Shown in pieces: positions 1 to 13,457 of a DNA stretch of 64,000 nt. The notes beneath the pieces are model-generated. The model had not been told where the DNA came from. It ran no database searches and saw nothing but the letters and a program-made list of their open reading frames with translations. This DNA comes from Callorhinchus milii (taxonomy: Eukaryota): positions 83,888,001 to 83,952,000 of the forward strand of contig NW_024704743.1 of the NCBI RefSeq assembly GCF_018977255.1. The letters run 5' to 3'. The first letter of the stretch is position 1. Every line of letters starts with the position of its first letter. The translations under genes and the position numbers were made by a program.

Positions 1-1236
1 GTTGATGAGGGAAATGCGGTGGACGTTATTTACATGGATTTCAAAAAGGCTTTTGACACAGTACCGCATAAGAGATTAATAAAAAAATTAGAGGCCCACG
101 GTATTAAGGGGACAGTGGCAGTTTGGATTAAGAACTGGCTGAGTGACAGAATGCAGAGGGTGGTGGTTAATGGGTGTTTCTCAAAATGGAAGGAGGTGTG
201 CAGCGGTGTCCTCCAGGGATCGGTATTGGGACCACTGCTCTTTCTAATATATATTAATGATCTGGACTTGGGCATAGAGAACACTATTTCCAAGTTTGCA
301 GATGATACAAAGTTAGGTAGGGCAGTAAATAGTGAGGAGGACTGTAACCAACTGCAAGCAGACATACACAGAATGGTGGAATGGGCTGACATGTGGCAAA
401 TGGATTTCAATGTGGATAAGTGTGAGGTGATACACTTAGGTAGGAAAAATGATAGGAGGCAATATAGACTTGGTAGCTCAATCTTAAGAGGGGGTGAACG
501 TACAGAGAGATCTGGGTGTTCAAGTAAGCGAATCATTAAGGATAGCGGGGGTAGGTAGATGAGGCAGTAAAAAAGGCATTTGGTGTACTGAGCTTCATTA
601 GTAGGGGCATAGAGTATAAGAGTAGGGAGGTTATGCTTAATCTGTACAAAACACTGGTTAGGCCTCAGCTGGAGTACTGCGTCCAATTCTGGGCACCTTA
701 CTTCAGGAAGGACATTAAGGCACTGGAAAGGGTGCAGAGGAGATTCACGAGAATGATACCAGGAATGGGGAACCTTAGCTATGAGGACAGGCTGGAGAAG
801 TTAGGACTTTTCCCATTAGAGCAGAGAAGGCTACGCGGGGACCTGATAGAGGTCTTCAAGATCATGAAAGGTTTCGACAAGCTAGATAAGGAAAAGCTGT
901 TTCCGCTGGTAGGTGTGTCTGTGACTCATGGTCACAGTCTTAAGATATCTACCAAAAGAAGTAGAGGGGAGGTTAGAAGAATTTTTTTCACTCAGCGAAT
1001 TGTTCGAACTTGGAATAATCTGCCTGAAAGGGTAGTGAAGTCCGATTCGATAACAGCTTTTAAGAGAGAACTGGATAGGTATCTGGAGAATACGGGTTTG
1101 CAGGGTTATGGGGAGAAAGCTAGTGATTGGGGTTAGTGAAAGTGACTTGCTCTGTCAAAGAGCCGGCACAGACTCGATGGGCCGAATGGCCTCCTTCTGT
1201 GCCGTAACATTTTATGAATCTATGAATCTATGAATC
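1..1236 (+). mobile_element. CR1-clade LINE, RT C-terminal half plus 3' UTR (runs off the window start)
   Basis: ORF 19..558 has [26 protein letters not shown] and KFADDTKL. ORF 633..1136 has LYKTLVRPQLEYCVQFW...WNNLPERVV. One frameshift in the G-run near 490. 3' UTR GGGCCGAATGGCCTCCTTCTGTG is followed by a (TATGAATC)n tail. Confidence 0.95.
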
Positions 1237-1340
1237 ACTGCATTGGAGTATCAGCATAGACTATATGGGTTCCAAGCTTGAACCCACAACCTTCTGACTC
1301 ACTGGCAATAGTACTACCAACTGATCCAGTGTGACATAAA
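1237..1340 (-). mobile_element. Old Deu-domain tRNA-SINE, 5' fragment
   Basis: Matches the head of the longer copies at 18187-18617 and 38440-38830 (TTGAACCCACAACCTTCTGACTC). Confidence 0.7.
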
Positions 1341-2281
1341 ATACAAATTTGCATTTATATGTTGCCTTTCAAGTCAGGAGAACGTCCAAAGGTGCTTGAC
1401 AGTCCTGGCTTGACACCTAAGAACATAAGAAATGCTAGATGATAAGAGACCAAGGTCTATCTAATTCGCCTTCCACCTTCCTAGCGGTCGCATGCACATA
1501 TGTCCTAAACTACCTCTGTACTATATCCCAACAATTAGCCCCAGGAACTCAGGTTAGGCCACAGGCGCCAGGCGACGCCGATTTTCTCTTTGCACCACTT
1601 CAGCAATCCCAACAGTCCCTGCGCTGCCCATGTGTGACTGGAACCCACTCCGGCCACAGTAGCAGCATTGAGGAAACAACTTGAGAAGCCCGAGGCCCAG
1701 TACACTGTGTTATGCACCTGAGTTGGGGATGGGAACCTGACGGATGCGGATAGAAAAGATGACCAACGCTGCAGTCAAAAAGGAAAGTCTTCACAAAGAC
1801 AACAAAAGAGGTGAAAAAGGGAGCTAGCTAGTTCTGTAAAGTGGGGCAAATAGGTTGTAAGCACAATCGCTGATAGTGGGGCGGGTAGGGCAGAGACATA
1901 ATGTTGGCCGGTGCCTGTGAATGAAGGGAGTGGACAGGTCAGTACGAAAATGATTAAATAGTATATGTGTCATCAGTATACACAAATTCAAAGGTAGTTC
2001 TCAGGCTTGGTACTGTGTGTTGATGTATGCTTCATGCTGTCTTGGTAAATGTATGCTGTAGACTGAGTAAATTGGACATTGATCAAACATGGGTATATAA
2101 ATTTTGGTAGATCTAGTCTTTGCACTAAAAGAGACAGTATTATTAGATGATGACTATTTGGTAATTGACCTGAAGAGAGATCATATTGCTAGGACCAACA
2201 TTTGCTGACAAACTGAATTAATACAAAGTAAAGTGATATCAGACTATTTTTAAATGTGGAGTAAACTTTTTTTCTCTGTGT

Positions 2282-2985
2282 AACAACAACAACTTGCATT
2301 TATAGTGTCATTCATACAGGTAGCATCTCAGTGCTGAACAAGCAAAGCTGGGTAGAAAGGGGAGGTGACTATAGGTACGGTTGAAGAAGAAGGTTTTCAT
2401 GTATGATCTGAAGACGAGCAAAGAGGGGCAAGACAGAGGGATTGAGCAGGTAGTTCCAATGGGTTCGGTGGCTGAAGGCATGTCCGCTGATGGTAGAGTG
2501 GCGAGGTTGGGGACCTGCGGAAAGCCTGAGCTGACTGAACAAACGGGTATGTAACATGTTTTATCATTCTTAAAAAGGTTATTTAGTTAAGGGACAGTGA
2601 CTCATTCCAACATTTCACTAATTTGAAATCTATGGAAGTTTTCAATATGTACATCATTGTGCTATCAAAATAGCTCTTCTGATTCCGGCCTGCTGTGCGT
2701 CCCCTGCCTTGCTCGCCCCACCATTGGTGGGAGGGCCTTCCGCCTCTCTGCCCCCACCCATCTCACACTTTCTCCACCTCACCCCCTCCAATGCCTCCTT
2801 CAAGGGCTGTCTCAAGACCCTCTTCTTCGACCGTGCCTTCGGCAACCCTGCTAACCCTACCCTCCCTGCCCTCCACCCCTCCTGATCCCAACCACCAGCT
2901 CGGGTGCGGATCCCTGACTGTTCAGCGCTTTGGGATGTCCTGCTGACGTGAAAGGCACTATAGAATTGTAATTTGTTGTTGTTTT
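2282..2985. mobile_element. Two L2 3' fragments (about 2282-2560 minus, 2675-2985 plus)
   Basis: RPTIGGRAF and KTLFFDRAF coding remnants, L2 3' tail and (TTG)n. Confidence 0.85.
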
Positions 2986-4142
2986 TATTTGCAGTAAAAA
3001 CATCAATATATTTAAGAGGAAACAATGTATATATGAAGGAGAAGGGAATGAAGAAATATAGGAGATGGATTAGGAGAGATGGAAGCTCTTGTGGATTATA
3101 AACTCTGGCATGCACTAGTTGGGCCAAGTGGCCTGTTTCATGTTGTATCACTCTGCTGTCATCAATACTGTAATTTACTCTATCTTGTGGTTTGGCATGT
3201 GGAGTCCATGTCATCAGCAAGTAAAAATATTTTAAGTTTTAGTCTTCCCCCCTCTATGCTGTGCACACCTACCTTTGCTCTTTTGGCTGACAGTGGTTTC
3301 TCTCCAAGATGAAGAGCAAGTGGGTTATGGTGTCTGATTTCTCAGTGGATGGGGTATGTAAGGATATATGAATGTCTGATGGGGCTACATACAAAAAGTG
3401 TTTGCTTCCTGGATGTCTTTGATCAGCAGTTTCAAAGTATAAAACATAGGAATATAGGATTGATGAAACACAAAAATTAACATGGATCGATTGAGTTTAT
3501 AGATGAATATAAAAGTCCGTCATCCTCTCTGGTTCACTATCAGCGGCCATGATTTCAGCTATTATGCCTGAAACTCGGGAACTCTCTGCCTCAATCTCTT
3601 CACCTTGCCCCCTCCTTGCAGGCCTTGAGATCACACCTGAAGACCTTTCTCTTTGACTGCGCCTATAGTCACCTCCTCTCTCTCTCCAGCTCATCATCAA
3701 GCTCCATCGCTGTTAAACACTCTTGAGATACTACCCTGCGTGAAGGATGCTATATAAATAAAAAAAAGTGTTTTTTTAAGTATTGGTGGACCAACATTCT
3801 TCATGGTCTGAGTATTAAGAGAAATGTTGGGTTTAATGTTTAGTTCACTTATGTTCTGTGTAATTTTGGAGCAGGCGTGAAGCACAGATTGCAAAGATCT
3901 GAAAGTGCAGGTTTTGAAGCAAACATAGCCTTTGCAGCAGCAAACCGACCTTTCCAGGGCAAAAGGCAGCTCACCATTATGGTGTGAAAGCATCATATAA
4001 GTCAAAGATGATCTCCACTCATGGTACCTGAGACCCAAATGAGGTCTATAAAACATTCCGCATTCAGATTATGACAATGGCAAGTTATACTTGTAAATGT
4101 ACGATGCAAATGATCTGTCATAAAATCATATTTTCTCCGCAG

Positions 4143-4173
4143 GTAGCTTGTCGTATTAAGAATCGTCCATATG
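4143..4173 (+). CDS. Candidate 31-nt internal exon (VACRIKNRPY), gene unknown
   Basis: ttttctccgcag|GTAGCT...CATATG|gtaagc in non-repeat DNA; only one frame is open. Confidence 0.3.
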
Positions 4174-4489
4174 GTAAGCTTAGTAAATAATGCTGACCAA
4201 GTGTGGATTGATGCAGCATAAATTCTTAAGTCTCAAATCAACCGGTCTAATGCTCCACTGCTTCAGTGTTTGCAAGCAAGACTGGCATTCATTTATAGAA
4301 CACAGAGGAGTGACCCAAAGTGTTGAAAGTGCTGACAACCTTGAAGAGGTAATAATAGTACTGTAGATTGACAGGGAGAGCGGTGAATGGGGTTGCTGCT
4401 GTTAGAGCAGGGAACAGGCCTACAGGTAGGGAGTTTCTTAGTGTTTTAACCAGATGGTGGTAATAATAATAATAAAAATATTAGTAATA

Positions 4490-4815
4490 ATAATCATATA
4501 TAATAATCCCTGCATTTGATATAATGCCTAATTTCAAAGTGCTTCACAGGATTACCTGTAAAGTGTAGTGATTGTGAATTTGTAGGCAAACGTGCTAACC
4601 AATCGGCATATAACAATGTCCTACAAACAGCTATGAAGTGAAATGACCAATTTTATGTAAGGGATTGTTGACCTAGGCACCAGGAGAAACTCAGTTCTCT
4701 TTATGAATAGTGCCATGGAATCGGGCACGTCGACCTGAACAGGCAGATCCCATGTCACGTCCACCTTGGCTTAGTGTCTTAGTGTCTACCAAAAGACGGC
4801 AACTCTGACTACTGT
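4490..4815 (-). mobile_element. Old Deu-domain SINE
   Basis: (AAT)n tail, CCTGCATTTGATAT, and Deu core AGTGCCATGG...CCTGAACAGGCAGA. Confidence 0.8.
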
Positions 4816-5061
4816 GGGGATATTCATGAAAGGGAGCCATTAATTTGAACCTTCTTCGTCATCCTGAAGTGTCGTGTAATTGGTTTGATGATTTCTGAAA
4901 GCTGCTGATGTGTGAAAAAGTTAGAATAACATGGAAAATACGGAGGAACTTCTAGTATTTCTCTTTCTTTTTTGGTATTTCAGAAATCGCAATTAGCATT
5001 TCTCACCCTGTTTTGCCCTTATCGTAAATCAACTTTTAATTGCAACTGCAGTGATACCAGT

Positions 5062-5440
5062 GTGGAGTCCTGAAGCTCAATGGTTAGAGCGCTTGCCTCA
5101 CCAGCGAGAGACCTTGGTTTGATTCCCAGGCAGGGTGAAATGTTGGGTAAGTTTCCTTACTCCATACGCCTCTGTTTATCTAGGAGTAAGCAGGAACCTG
5201 GTTGTTAGTTGATGGACGGATCGCTTATCCGGGGGTAATAATCCCTCAAAACCCCCCCAAAAAACCCAACAATAATAATTTGGTCATTGAATTCACGACT
5301 GGCTGTGGGACACTGCTGTGCGCAATTGGCTGCCACATTCCGCCCACAAATATACAGTCGATTCACTTTACAATATATTCTCTTAAGCGCTTTGAGATGT
5401 CTAGAAGACATGATACGGCACTATATCAAATTATTATTTT
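5062..5440 (+). mobile_element. Younger tRNA-head SINE, long form
   Basis: Head GTGGAGTCCTGAAGCTCAATGG (A box) ... GGTTTGATTCC (B box); body GCTGTGCGCAATTGGCTGCC; L2-like tail. Confidence 0.9.
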
Positions 5441-5499
5441 ATTTATAGTGTATTTATTCCCTAGCATATTATGTGTCAAATCTTGGGTCCAAAAGGCCA

Positions 5500-6990
5500 A
5501 TTGTTAACCTATGCAGATCCTTCCACACACAGCACTTTGCTTCTCTGGAGCTCTCCTTGGTCCTTGACCAGGACCGCTTTCAGCCACATTGCCTACCTCC
5601 GACCGTACCTTAACCTTAGCTCAAATGCTCTCCACACCAGTCTCCCAGCTCCACTATCCACAACATCTAGTTAATCAAAAAATCTGCAGCATACATACTC
5701 ACCCTCACTAAGCTTCACCCCTCCATCACACCAGTTCTAGCCAGGCTCCACTGACTCCCTATGACCGAATGGATTGATTTCAAGATTCTCACACTTGTCG
5801 TCAAATCCCTGAATGTCCTGGCATCTCTCAACCTCTCTGATCTGCTTACTCCCCAACCCAGTACCTGCAGCCTCCACTTGACTGGCTCCAGCCTCCTGCT
5901 TGTCCCTTGTGCCCTCCCAATAGCATTCCCATGACTCAAATAAGGAATCCAGCTTTATAGTTGCTTTTTTGCCAGTTGCTGGGAGTTGTGGTGTAAGGCC
6001 AGGAACAGCTCACTCATTACTCAGGTCTGTTATTCTTGTAGTTATTCCTTAATACTTTCCCTGTCTTAATTAACTTTGACCGTGCCTTCAGCTCCCTTCT
6101 TGACTCTCTACCCCCTCCTCGCTCCCTTCCTTCGCTCCCCTCACCCTGACCATTTCCCCCTTGCTCGGGTCCTGACCCAACTGTACAGCGCCTTGGGATG
6201 TCCTCCTGACATGAAAGGCGCTCTATAAATGGAATCTTGTTGTTGTTGTTGCTAACATCAGTAGTACTACTACCACTAATAATAATACACCTTGTATTTA
6301 GTTTTGTGCCTCATCACATCGTCCATACATCCCAAAGCATTTCACACTTTAGGTGCTACTCATCACATCGCCCATACATCCGGTGCAGTGACTGTGTATT
6401 TGTAGGCAAATGTGACAGCCAATTTGTGCCCTGAAGTGAATGATCAATTTTATCTGGTGGACTGTTGGTCAGGATGTTGAAAAAATCTTCCTTCTCTTTT
6501 CAAAAGTGCCATTAGATCTTTAACATCCATATGAACAGGCAGATGGGAAAGCCATTTAATGTCTCATGCGAAGGACGGCACCTTCAATAATGCAGTGCTC
6601 CCACAACATGGCATTGGAGTACTTTCAGGAATACCCCCAAATGTTACCTCTGACCTGCTGACTCCCTACGAGCCTGCCTACACCCTCCGTTCATTGGGCT
6701 CCGGCCTGCTCCATGTCTCCCGCCCTACCATCGGTGGCCGGCTTTCAGCCTCTCTGCCCCCACACTCTGGAACTCCATCCCACGATCCCTTCACGTCGCT
6801 TCCTCCCTTGCCTCCTTCAAGGCCGGTCTCAAGACCTTTCTCTTCGACCGTTCCCTCCCACCTCTCTGCCTTCCCTCACCCCTACACCACCCCTCCTCCA
6901 TGCTTGGGCCCTGACAGTTGACTGTTCAGTGCTTTGGGACGTCCTCCCGATGTGAAAGGCGCTCTGTAAATGTAATTTTGTTGTTGTTAG
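5500..6990. mobile_element. Cluster of L2 3' fragments (+) with an old SINE (about 6275-6625, minus)
   Basis: LHWLP...IDFKIL remnants and two L2 tails ending in (TTG)n near 6250 and 6985. Confidence 0.8.
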
Positions 6991-7876
6991 AGACAAAAAG
7001 TCAGGAATTGCTAAAAAGCTGTGTGGAATGCACATTTATAGTGCTATAGATAAAGAGGCTCACAACATCTAAACAAAATATTTGGAGCAATAGGAATGCA
7101 GTGGCAATCAATAGTCATTAACAACTCAAAAGTTTAACACGTTGTCATCAAGTAAGAGTGGGCCAACACAGATGTTGCTGCCTACCTTAGCTTGGCTGAG
7201 ACAGAGATGTTGCATAGCAACAGGCTTTCCTTCATGAAAGTGGGAGTGAAGTTGTGTGCTCCATTTTTTATGAGTCAGATTACTTGCTGCATTGCCGTTA
7301 AGGATGAGTAATTGAAGACTACAATCCATGCTGCAGCAAAGAGTTAGTGATCAATAGGAAATGGTTTCCAGGATGGATACACGTTACTCAGCTAAATGGC
7401 TTCTTATATGTTCACACAAGATCACAAGATTTATTTGAACAAAGAAGGCTCTTTGGTCCATTTGATTTCACCCTTCCGGAATACCTACTCAACCATCTTC
7501 CCATCACCATAGTGTTTATTCCATGCCTGAGTGCATGAAATAAACTAAGGAGAGTGATGAATTTGGAACCTATGGCCACTTGATACAGGAGTGCCATCTG
7601 TACTCTAAACACCTTTCATTGATCCAATATCCTTAGATTGAATTCATTGGTTGCTGTTGGTTTCTCATTGTTCCAGCAATTTGGTAAAACTGCAGAGACA
7701 CCTCATGTATTGATATGATGAAACAATTTATCTTCACTTGACAATTATGTACCTGCCCTCGATCTAGGGGGTCTTCCTGCTAGCTAGAAGTGTGAACTTA
7801 CTACATGTAGAAAGATGCCTTTACAATGTATTATCCAGGAACAAGTAATAATAAGTTGCTGTACAGAAATTATGAT

Positions 7877-8350
7877 AACAACAACAACTTGCATTTATAT
7901 AGCGCCCTTCACGTGGGGTAGCGTCCCGGAGGGCTTCACAGTGGCAGAGTCTGACAACAAGCCAAGGGGAAAGGGAGGAGGGAGGTGACTATAAGCATGA
8001 TCAAAAAGGAAGGTCTTTAGGCAGGATTTGCGTGTAAGGAGAGAGGGGGCAAGGTGGAATGATTGAGGGAGAGAGTTCCAGAGTTTCGGGGCATAGTGGC
8101 GGAAGGCATGGCCAGCAATGGTGGAACAGAGGGCACGAGAAAAAAAAAATGAGAGGCCAGAGCCAGCCGAGCGGAGGCAGCGGATGGTGGAGTGGGGTGT
8201 AAGCAGGTTGGATAGATAGGGGGGTGTGAGTGAATGGAGTAATTTGAAAATGAGTGAGAGGATCGTGAAGTCAATCCGTTCGGTGATTGAAAGCCAGTGG
8301 AGCTTGGCAAGGACTGGTGTGATGGGGATACAAGTGGAATTTAGTGAAAG
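7877..8350 (-). mobile_element. L2 3' fragment
   Basis: ORF 7895..8392: PITPVLAKLHWL...PKLWNSLP...KTFLFD. Confidence 0.9.
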
Positions 8351-9014
8351 CAGGACTTTTGACTTACATGTTGCCAGGTGCAACTTTTCCAATTACAGTA
8401 AATCCTGGGCTTACTGGACTCTTGTGAATGCAAATGACAACTAGATTGCTGACTCTTTGTCCTTGGGCACATTCACTTACAAAGGCCTATTTCAGTGGAC
8501 AATTTAATAATGCATGCTAAACAGCGCTGCACAAGAACAGGATTAGGATTAGTCTCTTATAATCTCTTCACTCCTTAAGTATACTTAATTATCAACCAGT
8601 CGAGCCAAAGGTGCTGTCAAGCTACTTCCATTTCATGGATGTGTAAAGTGACTGCTTTCTCCTATTTATGTTATTTGTCAATTTATTCAGACAATTTCAC
8701 AGTAACACGTCTTAGACTGTATCATGATTGTGGGGTTGGAATCATCAAAGATGACATTCACCCATTACCCAAAACTGGGACACACTAATTGTTTGAAGCC
8801 TGCTGTGATTCATGACACTAGGCTTAGTAACTAAGTTAACTGCATTAAGCAAGAATGGCACTTTGTCTCTGCAGAAGCCAGGACTTACACAAAAGATATA
8901 AACGTATACTAGCTGAAGGTGTGGCTTTTACACAGATAAGGTGTGGTGGCAGGTTCCATGTTGAACACTTTTACAATTTTTATTGACTTCACAGACACAA
9001 AGCTCTGTATTTTA

Positions 9015-9107
9015 TCACAACACTGGTTGCATCTCAATCATTTCTTCAGTGTTGGAATCAACTGTTTGTGTGTCACACTGCAATTTTTCCACTGGCTTCT
9101 CCTCTGC
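9015..9107 (-). CDS. Candidate terminal coding exon (AEEKPVEKLQCDTQTVDSNTEEMIEMQPVL*), gene unknown
   Basis: Strong minus-strand acceptor tttaagtttttatttcag, 30 open codons, TGA followed by TAA, and AATAAA about 30 nt downstream (8979-8984). Confidence 0.45.
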   Translation of the reverse strand, partial: AEEKPVEKLQCDTQTVDSNTEEMIEMQPVL

Positions 9108-9174
9108 CTGAAATAAAAACTTAAAAAATCAATTGATCTCTGTAAATAAGCAGAGCACCACTTGACAATATATT

Positions 9175-10285
9175 ACAACAACAACAAATTACATTTGTAT
9201 AGCGCCTTTCACATTAGCAGGACGTCCCAAGGCACTGGACAGTCAGGGATTCGCACCCGAGCTGGTGGTTGTGATCAGGAAGGGTGATGGGTGGGAAGGT
9301 TAGGGGTAAGAGGGTGACAGAAGGCACAGTCGAAGAGGAGCATCTTTAGATGGGACTTGAAGGAGCCAAGGGAGGGGGTGAGTTGAAGGGACTGTGAGAT
9401 GAAGTTTCAGAGGGTGGGGGCACCCGCCAATGGTGGGACGAACAAGGCGGGGAACATGAAGCAGGCCAGAGCCCACTGAACGGAGGGAGCGGACAGCTTG
9501 GTAGGAGGTTAGGAGGTTACAGAAGCTGGGAGGAGAAAGGCCCTAGAGGGCTTTGAAGGTGAGGACCAGGATCTTGAACTGTATCCTCTGAGTGATGGGG
9601 AGCCAGCGGAGCTGGGCAAGGATGGAGTGATAGGGTCACGGAACCTGGTGCAGGAGAGGACACAGGCTGCAGAGTTCTGGATGATCTGTAACCTGTGGAG
9701 GGAGGAGTGGGGAGGTGAACAAGCAGGGAGTTTACATAGTCGATCCTGGTTGTGATGAACGTGTGGATGAGGGTCTTGGCGACCTGCGGTGAGAGACAGT
9801 GGCAGAGCCGGGCAATGTTGTGGAGGTGTGGAAAGGCAGAGCGGGTCATGGCACAAATGTGGGGAGATGAAGGATAGTTGAGGGTTGAACAGGACGCCAA
9901 GATTCTGTATTGGCTCCATGAGGTGTAGAGTGCATCCATGAAGGATAGTGCTCTCAATGCCTGAGGTATGGAGGCGCTGACAAAAGCCAAGCAGGAGGGC
10001 CTTGGTCTTGTTGACATTTGACTGGAGGAAGTTTGCTCTCATCCAGGACTTGATGGCTGACAGGCAGTCTGTGAGGTCAGCAGTGGTCCTGGAGTCGAGG
10101 GTGGAGGCGAAGAGGTAGAGTTGGGTATTATCCGTATACATGTGGTAGTTGACCCCATGTCTACAGATGATGTCACCAAGAGGAAGCATGTAAATATTGA
10201 AAAGAAGGAGATCAAGGACAAAGCCCTCAGGGATGCCACATATGAAGGTGGGTGGGGGAGCTGGAGGAGAAGCTGTTAGTGGAAT
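9175..10285 (-). mobile_element. L2 RT C-terminal fragment, frameshifted
   Basis: MLPLGDII...HMYTDNTQLY in ORFs 9509..10189 and 9517..10017; (TTG)n tail. Confidence 0.92.
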
Positions 10286-11474
10286 TACCTCCTAAGATTT
10301 TCAGTTTATAATAGGAAACAAATACTTTAGGGGTACGACCAATTTCTGAAGTGAATTTCATTATCTAAATATCACAAATCAAACTTGTTTAAAAAAAACT
10401 ATGCAAATTGGAAACTCTATTTTGGGTTATGCCCTGGTTGACTGATGAGGCACCTATTCTAGTTTTGGTTGACAGCAGTGAGAGAGTTTGGCCTAGTGGA
10501 ATGAAATCGTGACAATTCATCTAGTTAAGTATTTGCAGTGCTATTTTGTTATTTGATCTAGAGGTCAGTTTCTAAATCACAACTATCCTGTAAAAGTGGT
10601 ATACAGTTGTGTCAAACACATAGTAATCTTCTGAAGGGGGCTATAGCAATCCCATGTTTGCAACAGGGGATCGCAAAGTGATTCACAAGTTCATAAGATT
10701 GGTTTGGATGAAAATGAATTAGTTAACTCCTGCCAGTAAGCAGATGCAAGTCATGTTGATCTGCAGAAATTCCCCTCTGATGTGTCTGGAAGTACATTTA
10801 GTTGGAACTATAATCCTACTGCCTGGCAGGATGGACATCTGGTTATAGGCAGGAGCCGTCTGCAATTTCCTCATACATATGCTATACTTAGACCTAGGGA
10901 CTGAATTCAAATTTACTATCTATTTCAAGCCTGCCATTTTGCCCACAAAACTACACAGTCAATCCACTTTACAGTATATCCTGTGAAGCCCTTTGAAATG
11001 TCTCAATGCATCTGAGCATGTGCACCCAATCTCTGCCAAGTGCCCACACCAGTCACAGGATAGAGTGGGAGGTCTCTGCGATGCGAGACGCCATCTTATA
11101 GGACAAGTTAACTAATCAATTTTACATTGTAAGTATTTACAAGAATTTCTAGAATGCGACTAGTTATGTGTTAAGCAGAGTGACAAGTAAAGCAGAGTGA
11201 CAAGTAAACCCTTACTAACATTTTGCACGGAAAGCAGCCCAGATGCTGACAGAATGGTGACTTAAGTAGCCGTGTCAAGTTTTAGATCATTTTAAGTATC
11301 GTTGCAGAGCATTTTCCACCAAATTTTCAGGGATGACCAAATGAGAACCCACCCCACCCACAAGAAAATTATAACAGTGGTTCTATCAGAGGTGGAAGTA
11401 GCAGCAGAATGGTTCCCTGAAAGGGCTCGGGATTGTCAGGTAAAATGGGTGCACTGGGGTGGCACCAATTTGTG

Positions 11475-11950
11475 GGTCAGTCTGGGTCACTGGTAGCAAA
11501 AGCTTGTGGGTTCAAGCCCCACATTTGGACTTGCAATCACATAATCTAAGTTGACACTCCAATGCAGTGGTGGGGTGTATTACATTGTTAGAGGTGCTAT
11601 CCCTCTGATGAGATGTTAAACTGAGATCCCATCTGCTGTTCAGGTGGATGTTAAAGATCTCATAGCACTATTCAAAAAGAGAAGGGTGTTTCTCCTGTTG
11701 TACTGGCCAACAATCCCCCAAATAACATTGGTCTCTCACTCCATACTTTGTCGATACATTGCTATATCCTCCCGACGTGAAAAGCGCTATATCAAATGCA
11801 AGGATTATTATTATATGAAACTGACTGCCACGGTTTGCCCACAAAATACAAAGTCAATCCACTTTACAGTGTATCCTATGAAGCGCTTTGAGATGTACTT
11901 GATCACATGATAAGGTGCTATATCAAATGCAAGGATTATTATTATTATAG
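11475..11950 (+). mobile_element. Old Deu-domain SINE with a younger SINE tail nested near 11765-11815
   Basis: Deu core GATGAGATGTTAAACTGAG...TTCAGGTGGATG; two copies of GCTATATCAAATGCAAGGATTATTATT. Confidence 0.8.
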
Positions 11951-12701
11951 GGGCACTGATTCATAGCGGACGCCAAACAGGTTAAAACTTTTGCGCTTTT
12001 ATAAACTTCTGAACTAGGATGCATGGGGTGGTAAGCATCAAAAGCCATTCATGGGGGCACTCGGTAACCATTCATTGGAGCATTAGGGAAATTTCTCGAA
12101 TTTCCATATACTCAATCCACCTCTGGTGTGTTTGTGGGTGTGGAGTGTGTGTGTGTGTGAAATAACGCATAACTATTGTAAGGAACTTGTTATGAAATGC
12201 TGCAAATTTCAGTCCTTAATTCTCGCTATTGTAAATGTACCTGTTGATTATCGCTGGTGCTGTTACATTGCCACCTTGATTTTTGAAACCCTAAGCTCTG
12301 GTACAACCTGCTGCTTCAAGATGTTTTGACAATGGGATGAGATGCTTCCGTTCCCCATAGGGTAAGCAACAACTGGAACAAGTTGTTGGGTAAAGTGTTT
12401 GAGGCAAGAATACTGGACACATTTAAAAAACAGTTTGGTCCATTGATGGGAAGACAGTAGGGTGGACATTCTGGGAAGATAATAATAATAATGGTAATAA
12501 TCCTTACATTGGTATAGGGCTTTTTCATATCAAGATGAGATCAGAAGGGCTGATTTTGTGATCTTGTGATATCAAATGCAATGATTCTTCTTATATTTTA
12601 TGTGTGACAACTACTCTGGTTGTTGTCACGCCTTTCTCTTCTGAGTACAACCAAGTTTCATTCACAAATACACAACAGGCAAAAGCAGAACACTTTCTTA
12701 C

Positions 12702-12726
12702 CCCCAAGGATAACGAGCAAATATTT
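12702..12726 (-). CDS. Candidate 25-nt microexon
   Basis: ctttttctcactcag|AAATATTTGCTCGTTATCCTTGGGG|gtaaga; all three frames are open. Confidence 0.2.
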
Positions 12727-13457
12727 CTGAGTGAGAAAAAGATTGCCTACTAGTGTGTGGATTCCTATATGTAAATGACTGTCTGGAAGCAGATTAATGT
12801 GTGGATGTTCAAATAATATGGGATATATCCCATAATTTTGTGAGACTTTACTGTGTGCGTAAATTGGCTGCAACGTTCTCCAACACAATACACAGTCATT
12901 ACATTTTACAGTAAATCCTGCAAAGAGCTTTGAGACGTCCTCTTGACATGAAAGGCATGCTATCAAATGCAAAGAAGATAATCAAAAGACTAGGTGAAAA
13001 TACAATGTTTCATAACAGACTTGATGTGATAATTCACAACTCTTGCTCATAACAGGATGTACGTCATGCTGACCGTCGGAAAGTGATCTACCACTCAGAG
13101 AGTGGGGGTGGAGTTTGTCACCATGACACAAATAAGAATAGAATAAATCACATTGAATCTGTTAGGAAGCCTTGTATTTTTGACTGTGTGCAATAAAAGT
13201 AATTGAACTGTAAGGAATTTCATAATATTTTGTGCTCTAAAGGCCACAATTGCTCTAAATGGGATTATCCCCAAACCAAATTCACTGCATTAGCTTAGAC
13301 TCGAGTTCCGTTTTGCAAATAACAAAAGTATAAAAATTTGTAGTTAGCAAAATACAAAGCTCAAATTAGCATCATTTGAAAAACAGTGTCAGATGTGAAA
13401 CTGATCTGCAATCTGAAATCTGATGTGTAAGGACTCAATTTAACCTAAATGAGATAA

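Noticed and set aside
30..686. Long minus-strand ORF (218 aa); similar ones at 52279..52851 and 47655..47885
   Set aside because: Antisense shadows of CR1 RT coding sequence.
1440..1940. Moderately GC-rich unexplained segment with short ORFs and a weak inverted repeat
   Set aside because: No recognisable motif; probably decayed repeat DNA and too weak to call.
7186..7330. 145-nt open minus-strand segment with AG/GT ends
   Set aside because: The peptide is not recognisable and it lies downstream of the candidate poly(A) signal; chance is plausible.
11173..11206. 17-bp tandem repeat; also short duplications near 39345-39373 and (AAT)n/(TTG)n runs
   Set aside because: Simple slippage or retroelement tails; no spacer-repeat (CRISPR-like) architecture.
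12241..12307. Minus-strand frame LYQSLGF resembling a GNAT motif
   Set aside because: Poor acceptor, an in-frame stop just upstream, and it adjoins a decayed CR1 remnant.
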